Below, in pieces: positions 14,200-26,534 of a stretch of 64,000 bases of DNA. The notes under the pieces are model-generated. The model was not told the DNA's origin and searched no databases. It was given only the letters and a program-made list of their open reading frames with translations. This stretch comes from Carcharhinus amblyrhynchos (Eukaryota). A program made the translations under genes and the position numbers. Position 1 is the stretch's first letter; each line of letters starts with the position of its first letter. The stretch is taken from NCBI GenBank assembly GCA_965287045.1, contig OZ336883.1, positions 47,306,001 through 47,370,000 of the forward strand. The letters run 5' to 3'.

Positions 14200-15070
14200 A
14201 GAGTCAACATAGGGTTTTATTATGATTTTCTAAATGTTTTGCTCCTACCTAAATAATGGATTCCATTTTGCCAATGATAGATGTTAGGCTAACTGGCCTG
14301 TAGTTTCCTATCTTCTGTCTCTTTTCTTGAATAGGAGCTTTGCAGTTGCTATTTTCTAATTCTCTGGGATCTTTGCGGAATCTAGGGAATTTTTGAAGAT
14401 TATAACCAAAGCAGACATTGGGTGGAATTTTCCCATCTCGCCTGCCACGGGAATCTTAGCGGGCGAGACAGGACCATGTAAAGGTCTGTTGACATCGGGC
14501 AGCATTTTCTGATCTTGGGGCAAACATGGCCAGAAATCCCACCCATTATCTCCATAGCCACTTACTTAAGACTCTAGGATGCAGGCTGTTGGGTCCGTGG
14601 GATATGTCAGCCCTTAGTCTCATTAGCTTTCCATTTTCTTTTTCTCTACTCCTGTTGATTATTTTAAATTCTTCCTTCTTCTTTGCCCCTTGACTTTCTA
14701 CTATTATTGGGATACTTTAGTCTTTTCAACCATTAAAATAAAATCAATATCAAAGTCTCTGCCATTTCCTTGTTCTCCCACTTTTTTTCTCAGTTTCCAT
14801 CTAAGGTATCAACATTTATTTTGATTACTCTCTTCCTTTTTATAAACTGGTAAAAGCTGTTGCTTTCTATTTTTATATTTCTTGCTGATTTGCTCCTATA
14901 TTCTAATTTTCCTCCTTTTAGTCATCTTTTGCAAATTTCTAAAATTGTCTCAATCTTCTGGCTTGCCACTAATTTCTGCAGAATTATATGCCTCTTTTTA
15001 CCAATTGATGCCATCCTTAACTTCTTTAGTTAGTTAAGGATGGTTCATTCTTCTCTGAGACTTCCTTTCT
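14200..15070 (-). mobile_element. Old CR1 ORF2 fragment (hosts a MITE)
   Basis: Reverse complement gives GGAAACTACAGGCCAGTTAGCCTAACATC (GNYRPVSLTS) and upstream linker sequence. Confidence 0.7.
14420..14544. mobile_element. MITE with GGG-terminated TIRs and a 3-bp TSD (PIF/Harbinger-like)
   Basis: Ends GGGTGGAATTTTC...GAAATCCCACCC, flanked by ATT/ATT. A related partial copy in the opposite orientation is at about 26609-26722. Confidence 0.75.
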
Positions 15071-15741
15071 CCCCTTTTAAAACAAGTGGAAAAGATTAAT
15101 TTAATGGGGAGTGAGGTACATGCATGTTCAGGGCTGAGGCATGGGAAGACTTGGGGGAGGTTTGTCTTGTTGGGAAAAGGGCAGTTCCTAAAATAGTGAT
15201 AAACTTATTCCTTGTAATAAGTGCCTTGAGGCATGTTTGAGATGCAATGAGGGACAGATTAAGTGCTTTTTATTCTGTATGCATTAGTGTACTTTCTGGT
15301 AGCAGCTGTTTAAACTTGAGCACTTAAAACTTTTTTGATAAATGATGTCAGTGGTTGATCAGTAAATATGTGATGTATGTGCCAAGAATTTAAGTTGCAT
15401 TTCTTGAATCTAAAAATGCCTGTTATGATGTGGAAATACCATGTAAATTACTCTTCATTTAGTAATAAATCTTTGCCAGTTAGGTTTCATGGCAAATATC
15501 AGTTTTACATTGTTTTGCCTTACAGCCCACTATTCATGTTCCCAAGTAAATGGAAAATTCATCAAACTTATATTTCTATTACAGATTTAGTTCTCAAATG
15601 GTTAGTTGCACTTCACACCATAGTGAAGAGTTTACTTTCCATCTCTGTATCTTGCTGTCTGAGAACGGTACTTTCCCCTGAATATCTTTAAATGTATCAT
15701 TAACTGCAACATGTCATGACGCATATGTGAAAATTGAAGGG

Positions 15742-16112
15742 GGGTAAATTTTGACTTTGGACTACCATCCAGCAGTAACCACCAGCTGAGATTAGGCTGT
15801 GATCTTGAGGTTGTTGCCTTGTTTACTTGAACTGGAAAGCTGTGGAGTGCCCAATAAGTGTCAGTGCCCCAGCCACCAAGTGAGGGGGGAAGCAGGTGGA
15901 GAGAGTCGTAATCATGGAGAGTTGAGTTCCCAGTCCTACTATATTTTTGGACGTCTTCAGCCACATCTGGTTGGAGCGTGGACTGCTTGAAGCATCTGAG
16001 TATTCAGTGATAGGACCCTTTCAAAATGTCAATAACCACTTCATCAGGAAGGCTACTGAGGAGTTGCTGTATTGTCACCTTATTGCCAGACTTTACAAGT
16101 GAAAATTTACCC
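15742..16112. mobile_element. Non-autonomous DNA transposon (MITE)
   Basis: Perfect 11-bp TIRs GGGTAAATTTT / AAAATTTACCC around a GC-richer interior. Confidence 0.55.
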
Positions 16113-16459
16113 TAGTATCTCTAGATACAAACCTTATTTCAAATCCTTTTGACTTTTGATCTGAATGGAATTCTGTCTGTTGTGCATTTTATATCATTTC
16201 ACTGGATGCATGATGCAACATAATCCTTTGTGCTAAATGTGTGTGATTGTATTTTGATAACTTAATGAAAATCAGATGTTCACATTGGGAGTCAGATCAA
16301 GTTGAAGCGTTGATCTCAAACTATCAGACATGCATTATGCATAGAATTTTTAACAAACTTCAAGTTTAAGCTAAAGCAACAAATTAGCTGAACTTTGTAG
16401 ACCAGGAAAGCCCAAAGTTCAGTTCCAACTAGGGCCACTAATATTGTCAGATATACTTG

Positions 16460-16770
16460 ATAAGGACGGTCTTATGAAAGGAGATTGGGCAAACTGGGCC
16501 TGTATACTCTAGAGTTTCGAAGAATGAGAGATGATCTCATTGCAACCTACTCAGGTAAGATGTTTCCCTTGGTTTGGGAGATTAGAATCAGAGGGCATAA
16601 TTTCAAAATAAGGGGGAAACCACTTAGGACCAAGATTAGGGGAAATTTCTTTACACAGAGAGCTGTGGATCTTTGGAATTTTCTACTTCAGAGGGCTTTT
16701 TGATGGAGTAGATAAGGGAAAACTGTTTTCAGTGGCCGAAGGTGTTGATAATCAGAGGGCACAAGACAAC
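16460..16770 (+). mobile_element. CR1 3' fragment
   Basis: Translates LGLYTLEFRRMRDDLI...NFFTQRAVDLWN. Confidence 0.8.
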
Positions 16771-17604
16771 ACTTAAAAATTTTAAGCTAATGACGGCTCT
16801 CAATTCACCATTAAATATTAACAATGCATGGTTTTGTGGCTCATAAATTGATTTTTATCCCTACCTATTGCATATAGCCAGCACCTGATTAATTTCATTA
16901 ATAGTTGTTATTGGTCCTTCTTAGAAGGCAAGGCTCATGTTTAGAATTCTTCTAAAATAAAACAAAGTCATTACCTGTCCATTTTTCATTATAACCATTT
17001 TTATAATAGTTATAATGAAAAACCGAGCACTTTGGTGAAATCCTTTTGAGTTTTTGTGGCTGGATTATTAACATCTATATTGTATTTTCCTATATTTTCT
17101 TTTCATTTGAATGGAAATTCTCCAACTGTACAAGTGTGATATTTTTCAATTAATTGCTCACTTTGATTCTGATGGTAAAGTCTCTCAAAATATTGCCCAT
17201 ATTCTTGCGGTCTGAAGTTATGCATCTTAGTTGATTCTTTCTTTATGGGATCCAAAGGAGTGCAGCATTACATAAAATTTATAGCAAGACAACAAGGAGC
17301 ACCTCTAAGATTATGAAATGTTCCAGGGCATTTCAAAAGAATATCAAACAAAATTTTGAGGGGCTAAATAATAGTCTGCTCCTGTTTCTATTTTAGGTTT
17401 ATTGAAAACAAAGTTGACAGTAACAAAGAAGTTAATATAGCCATCAATGCTTTTGGCTGCAAGATTTCTAATAGCTCCTCAAAACAAAAATAACTGACAC
17501 TTTGCTAACTCTCCTAGGAATAGTAAAACTGGACCAGCATTTATATTACCTATATATGAGGGTTTGTCCATTAACATGAATTCTCAAGCCCTTTGGCACA
17601 AGGC

Positions 17605-18510
17605 AACAACTTGAATTTATGTACATGACATCCCATCTGACATTGCGAAGTAACAAGAGTGATGGATGCCAAGGCGTGGAAGATGCGTTAGAAAAAGATT
17701 AACGCAAAAGAATAGGTTTTAAATTACTTTAAAGGAGGGTGGAGGATGAACGGAAATGGAATTCAGAGACTAGGGCAAAGGAGACTGAAAACTCTGTGAC
17801 AGATCTCAGTGTGAAGAATGGAAAAGTACACAAGACCCCAGAGGCCAAGGACTTGTGGTAATTTATTTCCACAGAGCAGGAATATTGTTTGGTTGCTGCA
17901 TACCATCACAGTTTTAGGAAGATGCTTAAAACAACCATGAGTTGCTAAACACTTCCACGCTGTGTTACTGCAGGTCTTGGATAACAAACAGGCTTGAAGT
18001 GGCTTCTAACAGATAACATTTACATCATACAAGTGTCTGGGAGTGACTATCACTATCACCAATAATAAAAATTCCAACCATCTTCCCCCACTAGCAACAG
18101 CTCTTTCACAATTGATCAGAAGTTTAACTAGAACAGTTATGCCAACCCTAACTACAAAAGTAGGGAGAGGATGAGTATGCTAATGGCTCATGCAGCAGAG
18201 AACTGAGCAATTTGCTTTATTGCGCCTCTGCACCCCCTCTGTCGCCAGCATATCATGGCTGAATATAAACTTTCTATACATGCATTGCAAGAACTCACCA
18301 AAGTTTTTTTTGACAGCAGCTCCCATATAATCTCTACTACTGAAAGGGGTAACAGCAACAATTTCATGGGAACACCTTGCATTTTTTAGATAAGTTTGCT
18401 ATTCTTTTGAAGCTATTGGGTCAATTTTCTGGAATTTCCAATCTAACCTCATAGAATATTATGCTGCAGGGTAAAAATCCATCATCACCTTCTGAGAATA
18501 AATAAACTTA
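17605..18510. mobile_element. Very old L2 3' fragment (-) and second-family LINE 3' fragment (+)
   Basis: Degenerate similarity to 63190-63900 and to 28690-31880, respectively. Confidence 0.5.
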
Positions 18511-18951
18511 AAAACTAATATGTCACTGACTTAAGTCCTGTAAGAAGGAGCAGTTATATTGGTCTTCTACAAGAGCTAATAACAAAAATTAAAAACTCAT
18601 ACAAAAAAGTGCATTCTATACTGGGGTTCAACTATATTTTCTCCCAGGAAAACACTGTCCCAAAAATCAACTAACATTTTGTATGGTAAAGATTTGAGTA
18701 GTGTTATATGATGAAGAGCATGAACTGATACAGTTAGCAGTATAACTGCATGACATTCAGTGCTTTCCAAATACCGCCTTTGCAAGTTTCATAACTTCCT
18801 ACGTGATATTGCAGCAGTGCTCAGTTCATAACTGCTTCATTATCAAAAGAAGAAAATATAATTCTACATCTGTAATGGGGATTCATAACACATTAAATTA
18901 TCAGATGGCAAACTATAACTTTAAAATTTGCATCATGTTTTTTCAACACAG

Positions 18952-19100
18952 CTTCTTGATGTAGTTTCTTACCTTGCACGTCAGAACCTGCGTCTCCTTG
19001 TCCTTGGACGCAAACACATGCTACGGGGGACATCCAGCTGGAACAAAGGTCACATGGCTCTCATTCAGAAGTGTGCTGACTGCTTCTTCACAGCCGATAT
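18952..19100 (+). CDS. PRORP: PRORP (KIAA0391/MRPP3) internal coding exon, NYN metallonuclease domain
   Basis: Flanked by acceptor ttttcaacacag and donor gtaagt; 149 nt. Translates [49 protein letters not shown](I), matching the [16 protein letters not shown] motif. Phase is compatible with the next exon. Upstream exons were not found in the window. Confidence 0.95.
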
Positions 19101-19377
19101 GTAAGTCTAGAAGGATTTTCCATGTAGTAAGTAATCAAGGGAACTCAAGAAAATGCTTTTGTTGCCATTTTTTTAAGAAATGAATAATTGCAGCATGCAT
19201 AATTGCAATGGCAGAGAAGCCAAAGCTTTATGCAGCCTATTTCTAATGCTGTTGATTTTCAACACTATGGCCCTTTCCATCCATACAACTTATAAGTTTA
19301 TTTTCTTTCATTAATTCAACATTGTTTGTACCAAGCAATCAGATATAAGTCCCAGATGTCTTTCTTGATTCATGGAG

Positions 19378-19525
19378 TAGAGTCATAGAGGTTTACAGCA
19401 TGGAAACAGGCCCTTCAGCCCAACTTGTCCATGCCACCAAGTTTTTACTGCTAAACCAGTTCCAATTGCCCACATTTGGCCCATATCCCTCTATACCCAT
19501 CTTAACCATGTAACTGTCAAATTGG
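19378..19525 (-). mobile_element. CR1-type LINE 3' tail
   Basis: Reverse complement matches the tail at 50925-51058 (GGGATATGGGCCAAATG...TTCCATGCTGTAAACCTCT). Confidence 0.85.
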
Positions 19526-20714
19526 TCAACCTTAATAAATACTCTGGTATAAAGATATCTAACAGGAAATATATAATGCTTTATTTGTTGTAGATGTGTT
19601 GGCCAGCAACTTTGATCTAAATTACAGTGCACATTTCTGGTAATTTAAGCAATGTGCCATTTATTCCCTTCTATAAATTGTTTCTGAGATAAAGAGCAGC
19701 AATTGTCTCAACACAGCCTTGTGAAATTCCATCTGTGGCTAGATTCTGTTTGGCTCAGTTGACATCGCTTTAGCTACCCAATTTCAACCAATTATTTCTA
19801 CCTGACTGCATACTCGGTATAATTTTCCTTAAATCTAACATCACAAATTATTGTTTTGCTCTCTTGAAATTGGGCACTAATGTTTGATTGTCGTCAGTAA
19901 CATTAACTTGTCTGACCACAGAAATCTAACAAATCAGTGCTCACTTTTGTTAGATGTTACCCCATATGAAAATCACACATTATCTCAGTGTCACTCATGA
20001 CCCAAAGTTTTCTTTCAGTGATGAAGGATATCTGGCATACAATTGCTCAAAGACTTTAACGAGACTTCCAACCATCTAACATCTCTTTCAATACTGAACC
20101 CTATACAGGGGATCTGTAAACAAGGCAGTAACCAACTATGTTCCTCAAGCATTCAGACTGAAGTATCCTTACTGAGTAGTCTAAATCAGGAAGTTAAAAA
20201 ATAGGAAATGGAAATTACATTAAAATCATTTGTAGGAAGTGAAATAGTAATTGGGAATACTAATGGTATTTTACAGAGAAGAAAGAGACAAACATTCATG
20301 TTGCAGATATTTTTAAATATCTCAGCATGAATTTTCTTCTGAGGGAATGAACGCCACACTTCTAAAAAATGACTTTTCAGAGCTAGTGAGATTGTTCAGC
20401 TCTTATGTTCATTTCTGTAGTGATCACTTTTGCAATTAAAAACTTACTCCTAAATGTTTTGTTGCCTTTAGTGCAGAGTTAGTGAGCAAGTATCTCAGGT
20501 TCATGTCATTAGTGATTTTAGTGCTGGGCCTATCACCAAAAACTGAACCTGTCCACTTCATAGAAGAGTAAATCTTTGACAGTAACTTTTGGATTTCTGC
20601 ATTTTACTACGTATGTGTAGATATCAGAGGTTGCTGTCAGATTTACATGTGGTGAGCCTTATTGTTAATATTGCGGCAACGTCAGGGCCATTGAATATTG
20701 ACAGTGTCACGTAA

Positions 20715-21090
20715 TTGGTTTGCTGTTAAACTAGTAAACTCGAGGTCTAGACTAATGATCCGGAGACATGAATTCAAATACCAGCGGGGCAACTAGAGCA
20801 TTTGAATTCAATTAATTAAATGAAATATGGAATAAAAAATTAATGTCAATAATGGTAAACATGAAATTACCATTGTCATCAAACTCCCCATTTGGTTCAC
20901 GAATATGGTTTAAGGGAATAAATCAGCCATCCTTATCCAGCCTGGCTGATATGTGATTCCAGACCCACAGCAGTATATTTGACCCTGAGCCATTAGCTTA
21001 TATTCAAGAAAGTGGTTCAGCATCACTTTCTCAAGAGCAAAAATAAGAATAAATGCTTGTCTTATCAGCAGTGATCAAAATATGTGAATT
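20715..21090 (+). mobile_element. tRNA-headed SINE sharing its 3' tail with the second LINE family
   Basis: Head ACTAGTAAACTCGAGG..ATGAATTCAAATACC (B-box-like), core TTCCAGACCCACAGCA and tail CACTTTCTCAAGAGCAA..ATAAATGCT. Other copies at about 46720-47045 (-) and 53190-53560 (+). Confidence 0.7.
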
Positions 21091-21473
21091 TTTTTTTTAA
21101 ATATCCAATAAATGTTTCCCTCTAGAACCTGCCTTAACGTGCTCAATACGGAAACAGTTGTTAACAGTGCTGATAGATAATTCAGTCTTCTCACCAACTG
21201 GATTTGGCATCCTATTGCCAAACCAGATAATGGGTAGAAAATTGCAATCTCCTCCAGCAAAAGAATTATGTTCTGATTTTCTTGTATTCCAGTTAAAGTT
21301 CCTAGTCATTCTTAAACTCTCGCTCTAGAGACCTATGACTGGTGAAATGAATCAGTTTTGGATGTAACTATACCCAAAAATTTTAACTCGCTCCCAGTAA
21401 GCAATATTTCAATCTATATTGCCATTATGTTTACTTTTACAAGTAAAACTATATTTTTTCATTGTGACCCAAC

Positions 21474-22150
21474 CTCCTCCTCCTCCTCCTCCTCCTCCCT
21501 TGCACTTCTCCCATTTTACTTCAAGTCACCACAGTATTGGTTGATTACCCTTCTCCATCTCCTATCAGTTACGCATTCTTCTTTCAATCCTGCTGCATTT
21601 CAATCACCAACATCCTTCCATCTGGTTTTGGCCTTCCTCTTCTTCCTAGAAGTCATCCTATCTTTATCACTCAGCATATCATTCATAGGCCCTCTCTCCA
21701 CAACTTATGACCATACCCTTTCATGTCTTCTTGGCCGTTTTCTTCAATGCTTCCACAAACTTGACCAACACTCTAATGTTCTGTTTCCTGATCTAGTCTT
21801 TTCTTGTCACACCACACATCCATCTCAACATTCACAACTCATTAGTGTTAGTCATCGTTTCTCCCTTCCTGATGCTGCCCAAGTTTCTGCACTTTGTAAC
21901 AAGGCCAGTCTCAGAACTATCTTGTAGGGACTTCCTTTCCATTTCAGTGATACTTTTCTGTCACATAAAGCTCCACTGCACTTCTTCCAGGTACTCAAAC
22001 CAGCGCTAATCCGTTGCTTAATTTCCGTTTCCATCCTTTCATATTTTTTCGCTGCTGTCCCCAGATGTTTGAAACTACTCACCTTTACCAAGTCTTGACT
22101 AGGTTTTTGTGGCAAATTTATTCCTTCAAATCCCATGTACTCTTTCAACT
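21474..22150 (-). mobile_element. RTE-clade LINE 3' fragment with a (GGA)n tail
   Basis: Translates VSSFKHLG..EIKQRISAGLSTWKKCSGALCDRKVSLKWKGSPYKIVLRLALLQSAETW, an RTE/Expander-type RT C-terminus. The (TCC)n run at 21474-21498 is the tail. Confidence 0.8.
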
Positions 22151-22309
22151 GTAGCTAATATCTGTCAGCATCCAACCAAACTTCAGAGATGTCCATACAA
22201 TTTTTTTCATGGAACTGTATGCTTGTAATTCAACTATTTTTTTAATACCTCTTCAATTGGCATAAATACATTTCATGGAATCTTGTGCATGTCAACATGA
22301 TTCACCCTA

Positions 22310-22690
22310 CATAGTTGGCTCAATGACAGAAGCCAGGGGGTGGTTATAGAGGGTTGTTTTTCAAATTGGAGGCCTGTGACCCAGCAATATGCCTCAGGGA
22401 TCAGTGCATGGTCCACTGTTGTGTGTCGTTTATATTAATGATTTGGATGAGAATGTAGAAGGTATGGTCACTAAGTTTGCAAATGACACCACGATTGTGG
22501 CATAATGGACAGTGAAGAAAGTTATCTCGGATTGCAACGGAATTTTGATCAATTGGGCAAGTGGACTGACGAATGGCAGATGGAGTTTAGTTCAGATAAA
22601 TGCAAAATGATGCATTTTGGTAGATTGAATCAGGGCAGGACTTACTCAGTTAAGGGTATTGTGGAGAATTACAGAACAAAGAGGGTGAAA
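22310..22690 (+). mobile_element. CR1 RT internal fragment
   Basis: Motifs PQGSV, YINDLD, KFANDT and WQMEF. Confidence 0.8.
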
Positions 22691-22871
22691 TAGCAGCACG
22701 GGTGTGATGTGACACTAAGTGGCCATTAAGTAGCTATGCAAGGTTGTCAGTTGGCCCAAGGGCGGGCTGGCTGCCCGTTATCTCTACCTCACTAAAATTG
22801 AGAAATTGAGGAACCAACCAAAGTTTTGTCTTAATTACAGTTTAATATAAAGGAAATGCACATGCAAGATT

Positions 22872-23035
22872 AATTATAGAATCCCTACAATGCAGAAGGA
22901 GGCCATTTGGCACATTCATTGAGTCTGCACTAACCACCATTCCACTCAGACCCTATTGCAGTAATCCCACATATTTACCTTGCCAATTCCCCTGACACTA
23001 GGGTAAATTTAGCGTGGCTAATCAACCTAACCTAA
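22872..23035 (-). mobile_element. HE1-type SINE 3' part, just upstream of a PRORP acceptor
   Basis: ATAGAATCCCTACAATGCAGAAGGAGGCCATTTGG...AATTTAGCGTGGCTAATCAACCTAACC. Confidence 0.75.
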
Positions 23036-23096
23036 ATTGTGTGTATATTTGCATTTGCTAATTAACCATGGTTTTTTCTGCTTTCTTTCGATCTAG

Positions 23097-23292
23097 TTCT
23101 GAAGATGATCCTTTTCTGTTGTATGCTACTATGCATTCAGGCAATCATTGTAAATTCCTCAGTAGAGACCTCATGCGGGATCATAAAGCTTGTTTGTCTG
23201 ACAAGAATACCCGAAGATTGTTCTTCAAGTGGCAGCGTGGACACCAGCTTGTGCTGTCAAGCTATAATCCAGGGTACAAGATGAAATTTGAA
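23097..23292 (+). CDS. PRORP: PRORP penultimate coding exon with catalytic aspartates
   Basis: Acceptor ctttctttcgatctag and donor gtgaga; 196 nt. Translates [65 protein letters not shown], with the SEDDP and RDLMRDH metal-binding motifs. Confidence 0.97.
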
Positions 23293-23562
23293 GTGAGAGG
23301 CACACTTTGAACAAAATTTAATAGTACAAAGAATAGAGTGTAATTTTTCTATAGAATATACTTCGTGTGTAGATTTTAGATAAGAGTAACTTATTTTTCC
23401 ATTAATTATTTACTGAAACCACATTTGGTTCAGAGATGTAAATTTCATAAATTGAGATTTTATGCTTCAAGGTGATGTATATTCTGAAAAGAAACTCGTA
23501 TGTTCTCCAAGTTGATTTGAAATCCGAAGTTTGGCAAGGTGCTTTTCTCATACCTAATGGGG

Positions 23563-23855
23563 TGAGGTGGCACTGCTGCCTCACAGTGCCAGGCACCCAG
23601 GTTCAACCCCAGCCTTGGGTGTCTGTCTGTATGGAGTTTGAACATTCTCTCCGTGTTTGTGGGGATTTCCCCCGGGTGCTCCCACAGTCCATAGATGTGC
23701 GGATTAGGTAAATTAGCCATGCTAAATTGCCCCTTATTGTCCCAAAATGTGTAGAATAGATGGATTAGCCATAATAAAAATGTGCGGGGCTACGGAGATA
23801 GGGCAGGGGAGAGGGCCTGGGTAACAGAGTTGGTGCGGACCTAACAGGCCAAATC
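23563..23855 (+). mobile_element. HE1-type V-SINE
   Basis: GCACTGCTGCCTCACAGTGCCAGG head and V-domain core. Confidence 0.85.
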
Positions 23856-23859
23856 TTAT

Positions 23860-25160
23860 AACTCGTAGAATACTTAAAGGGGAAACCAGTGGATTTGGTG
23901 CATGTGGATTTTCAAAATGCTTTAATTACATCCCACACAAGAGGTTAGTGAACAAAGTTAGAGCACATGGGCTTGGGGATAATATACTGGCATGAATTGA
24001 GAATTGGTAAATGGACAGAAAATAGACAAGAATAAACAAGTCATTCTCAGTTTGGCATGCTGTGACTAGTGGGGACCATAGAGGTCAGTGCTTGGGTCCA
24101 ACCATTCACAATCTATATCAATGATTTCAAAGTGGGGATCAAATATAATGGACAGAATTTCCTGGCTATTCATGGCGTGATTTTCTAGTCCTGCTGTAAC
24201 GAATGGAGATTTGGCTGAACACCAAATTCTCCATCCTCGTTTGTAGCAGCGGCCGGGCACAAACAGCCGGAAAATTCTGGCCAATATTTTCAGATAGGAA
24301 AATATGAAGTTATCTACTTTGGTTGGGAAAAACAGAAATACAGAGGATTTCTTGAATGGTGAGAGATAGGGAAACATTGATGTCCAAAGGGACCTGGGTG
24401 TCCTTGTTCACAAGTCATCTAAATCTAGCATGCAATGCAACAAGCATTCAGGAAGGCAAATTGTATATTAGCCTTTAATGTGGGAGGATTTGAGTACAGG
24501 ACTAATTAAGTCTTGCTGCACAGGTGGCACAGTGATTAGCACTACTGCCTCTCAGCACCAGCGACCCAAGTTCAATTCCCGTCTTGGGTCACTCGCTGTG
24601 TGCATTTTGCACATTCTCCCCATGTCTGCGTGGCTTTCCCCTCGGTGCTCTGGTTTCCCTTCACAGTCCAAAAAATGTGCTGGTTAGGTGCATTGGCCAT
24701 GCAACAAAGGTTTACCAGACCAATTACTGGGATGGCGGATATGAGGAGAGATTAAGGTATTGGACATGTATTCTCAAGTTTAGAAGAATGAGAGATAACC
24801 TCATTGAACAGAATAGATAGCAAGCTGGATATGAAACAGAAAACAGGGCAGTTCAAAGGTAGTTGCTCAGATTGGCAGTAAGTTATAAGCGGTGTTACAC
24901 AAGGATCCGTACTGTATCCATTCTTGTTCACCATTTAAATGAACATTTCAAAATTTGGAACTGGGAATAGAAGTTAAAAATGTTGATTTCATTCAGTTGG
25001 AGATTGTAGCTAGTACAGAAGAGGACTACAGCAAAATTCAGGAAAACATTAATAAACTTGGAGGATGGATTAGAAATTGACAAATTAACTTCAATGTAGA
25101 TAAGTGTAAGGGAGTACATTTTAATAGGAAGAAAAAGGAGACCATAAACCTCTTTGACAA
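23860..25160 (+). mobile_element. Old CR1 fragments with a nested MITE (24150-24282) and HE1 SINE (about 24523-24700)
   Basis: Degenerate RT motifs. The MITE has TIRs GGACAGAATTTCCTGGCT / AGCCGGAAAATTCTGGCC and an AAT/AAT TSD. Confidence 0.75.
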
Positions 25161-26089
25161 TAAGAGAGAATTTAATGCCCTACACCATTCCGAGCTTGTT
25201 GTTGTTGCATATCTTCACACCTTTGGGGAATAGTTTGGGGAGGAAGTGGTGGAAGGATTTCCAAGCTGATTACAAGCCTGTTGAAATACATTGAACGCTC
25301 CTTCCAAGTCCTGGTGTTAGACTTGAGCCTGGAGTTTCTGGCCCATCGGTAAGGGCGCTACCAGTCACCTGGCAAGATTGGTATCAGAGCAGCATTTAAT
25401 CAAGTGGATGGATGGGCAGGTGAGGACCACACCACCACCTCATATCCAAGTCACTTAAGTCCATGGCAAGAAGCTGTGCCTTCCTGCTTCACCTGCAGTT
25501 GATGTCCCAATGCCCACTTAAGGACTTCATCCCACTACCACACTTATATTAACCCCGTAGCAGGCATGAGCCTCACCCAAGCGGAGAGCATGACAAGCAA
25601 GCCTGTGTGGGAATGGTAACGGGTTCCAAGGGGGTCCCATGTTAAAAGGCACTCAGTGTTCACTAAGACTTACCCCTCCTGCCCCTACCCCTGCAAACTC
25701 TATTCATGACCCACTCCTGCTATAACTCACCTGTGGCCTAGGACCCATTAACCAGCTTGGACCTTGGTTGGATGTTGTGTCAACAGCAGTACCCACCTCC
25801 CCAGTCGCACAGTTATTCAGTAGAGCTGCTGGCTTTGGACTATCAGCTTTCAGCAGATGGAAGTTCCATCCCAGGGTCCTTAATTGCAAGAGAGGCCCAA
25901 CGCTGTCCAGTTAAGCATCCGAGTGGTGTGTTGTTCTCAGTAAATTGTTTAAATGTTCCAAATATTAGTTAAAATTGGTTACTCACTTTAAAATAATACT
26001 GCTGCATGTGAGAAACAACTTATTTTTAATTATAACAATCAGTTAATAATGAATTGACAGTTTTTTTTAATATGTATCTTTCCCTATAG

Positions 26090-26221
26090 ATCATACCGAA
26101 GTATGACACTATAGTACAGACAACAAGCAATACTTGGCATATACCATATGATGAAGAGGGAGTGGAGAGGTGTTCCTATGAAGTTCCACGTAAATGGTTG
26201 TGTCTTCAAAGACATAACTGA
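26090..26221 (+). CDS. PRORP: PRORP last coding exon, ends in TGA
   Basis: Acceptor tctttccctatag. Translates [43 protein letters not shown], with the WHIPYD and WLC zinc-ligand motifs of PRORP. Confidence 0.97.
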   Translation: MIPKYDTIVQTTSNTWHIPYDEEGVERCSYEVPRKWLCLQRHN

Positions 26222-26511
26222 AGTGAAGCAGTGGATAGAAATGTTGATGCTAACTGTTTCTTGAGTTTTTCTTTCTTAATGTCATACTTTATTTTTACAT
26301 TTAGTGTTTCTTCAGCCATTTTGGAATGTTTTATTTTGTTTCTCAATTTTCTTATATATTTTCCCCTTTTTTTCAAAGAGCTGTGACTTGTATTTCAACT
26401 TGAATTTCCAGGTGGTGATTGCCCTCTACTACTTCCCTCAAATGGCCATTCTTCCTGCCTCAGCCTAGACAGCTTCAACAATCCATTAAAATCTGAAGAC
26501 ATCATAAGCAA

Positions 26512-26534
26512 AATAAACACAATCCCCAAATAAA
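26512..26534 (+). terminator. Candidate PRORP polyadenylation signals (two AATAAA)
   Basis: AATAAA at 26512-26517 and 26529-26534, about 300 nt after the stop. Further AATAAA occur near 27456 and 27527, so the site actually used is unknown. Confidence 0.4.

Noticed and set aside
21358-21927. 189-aa Ser/Leu/Phe-rich ORF
   Set aside because: It is the antisense of the RTE fragment, and the poly-Ser comes from the (TCC)n tail.
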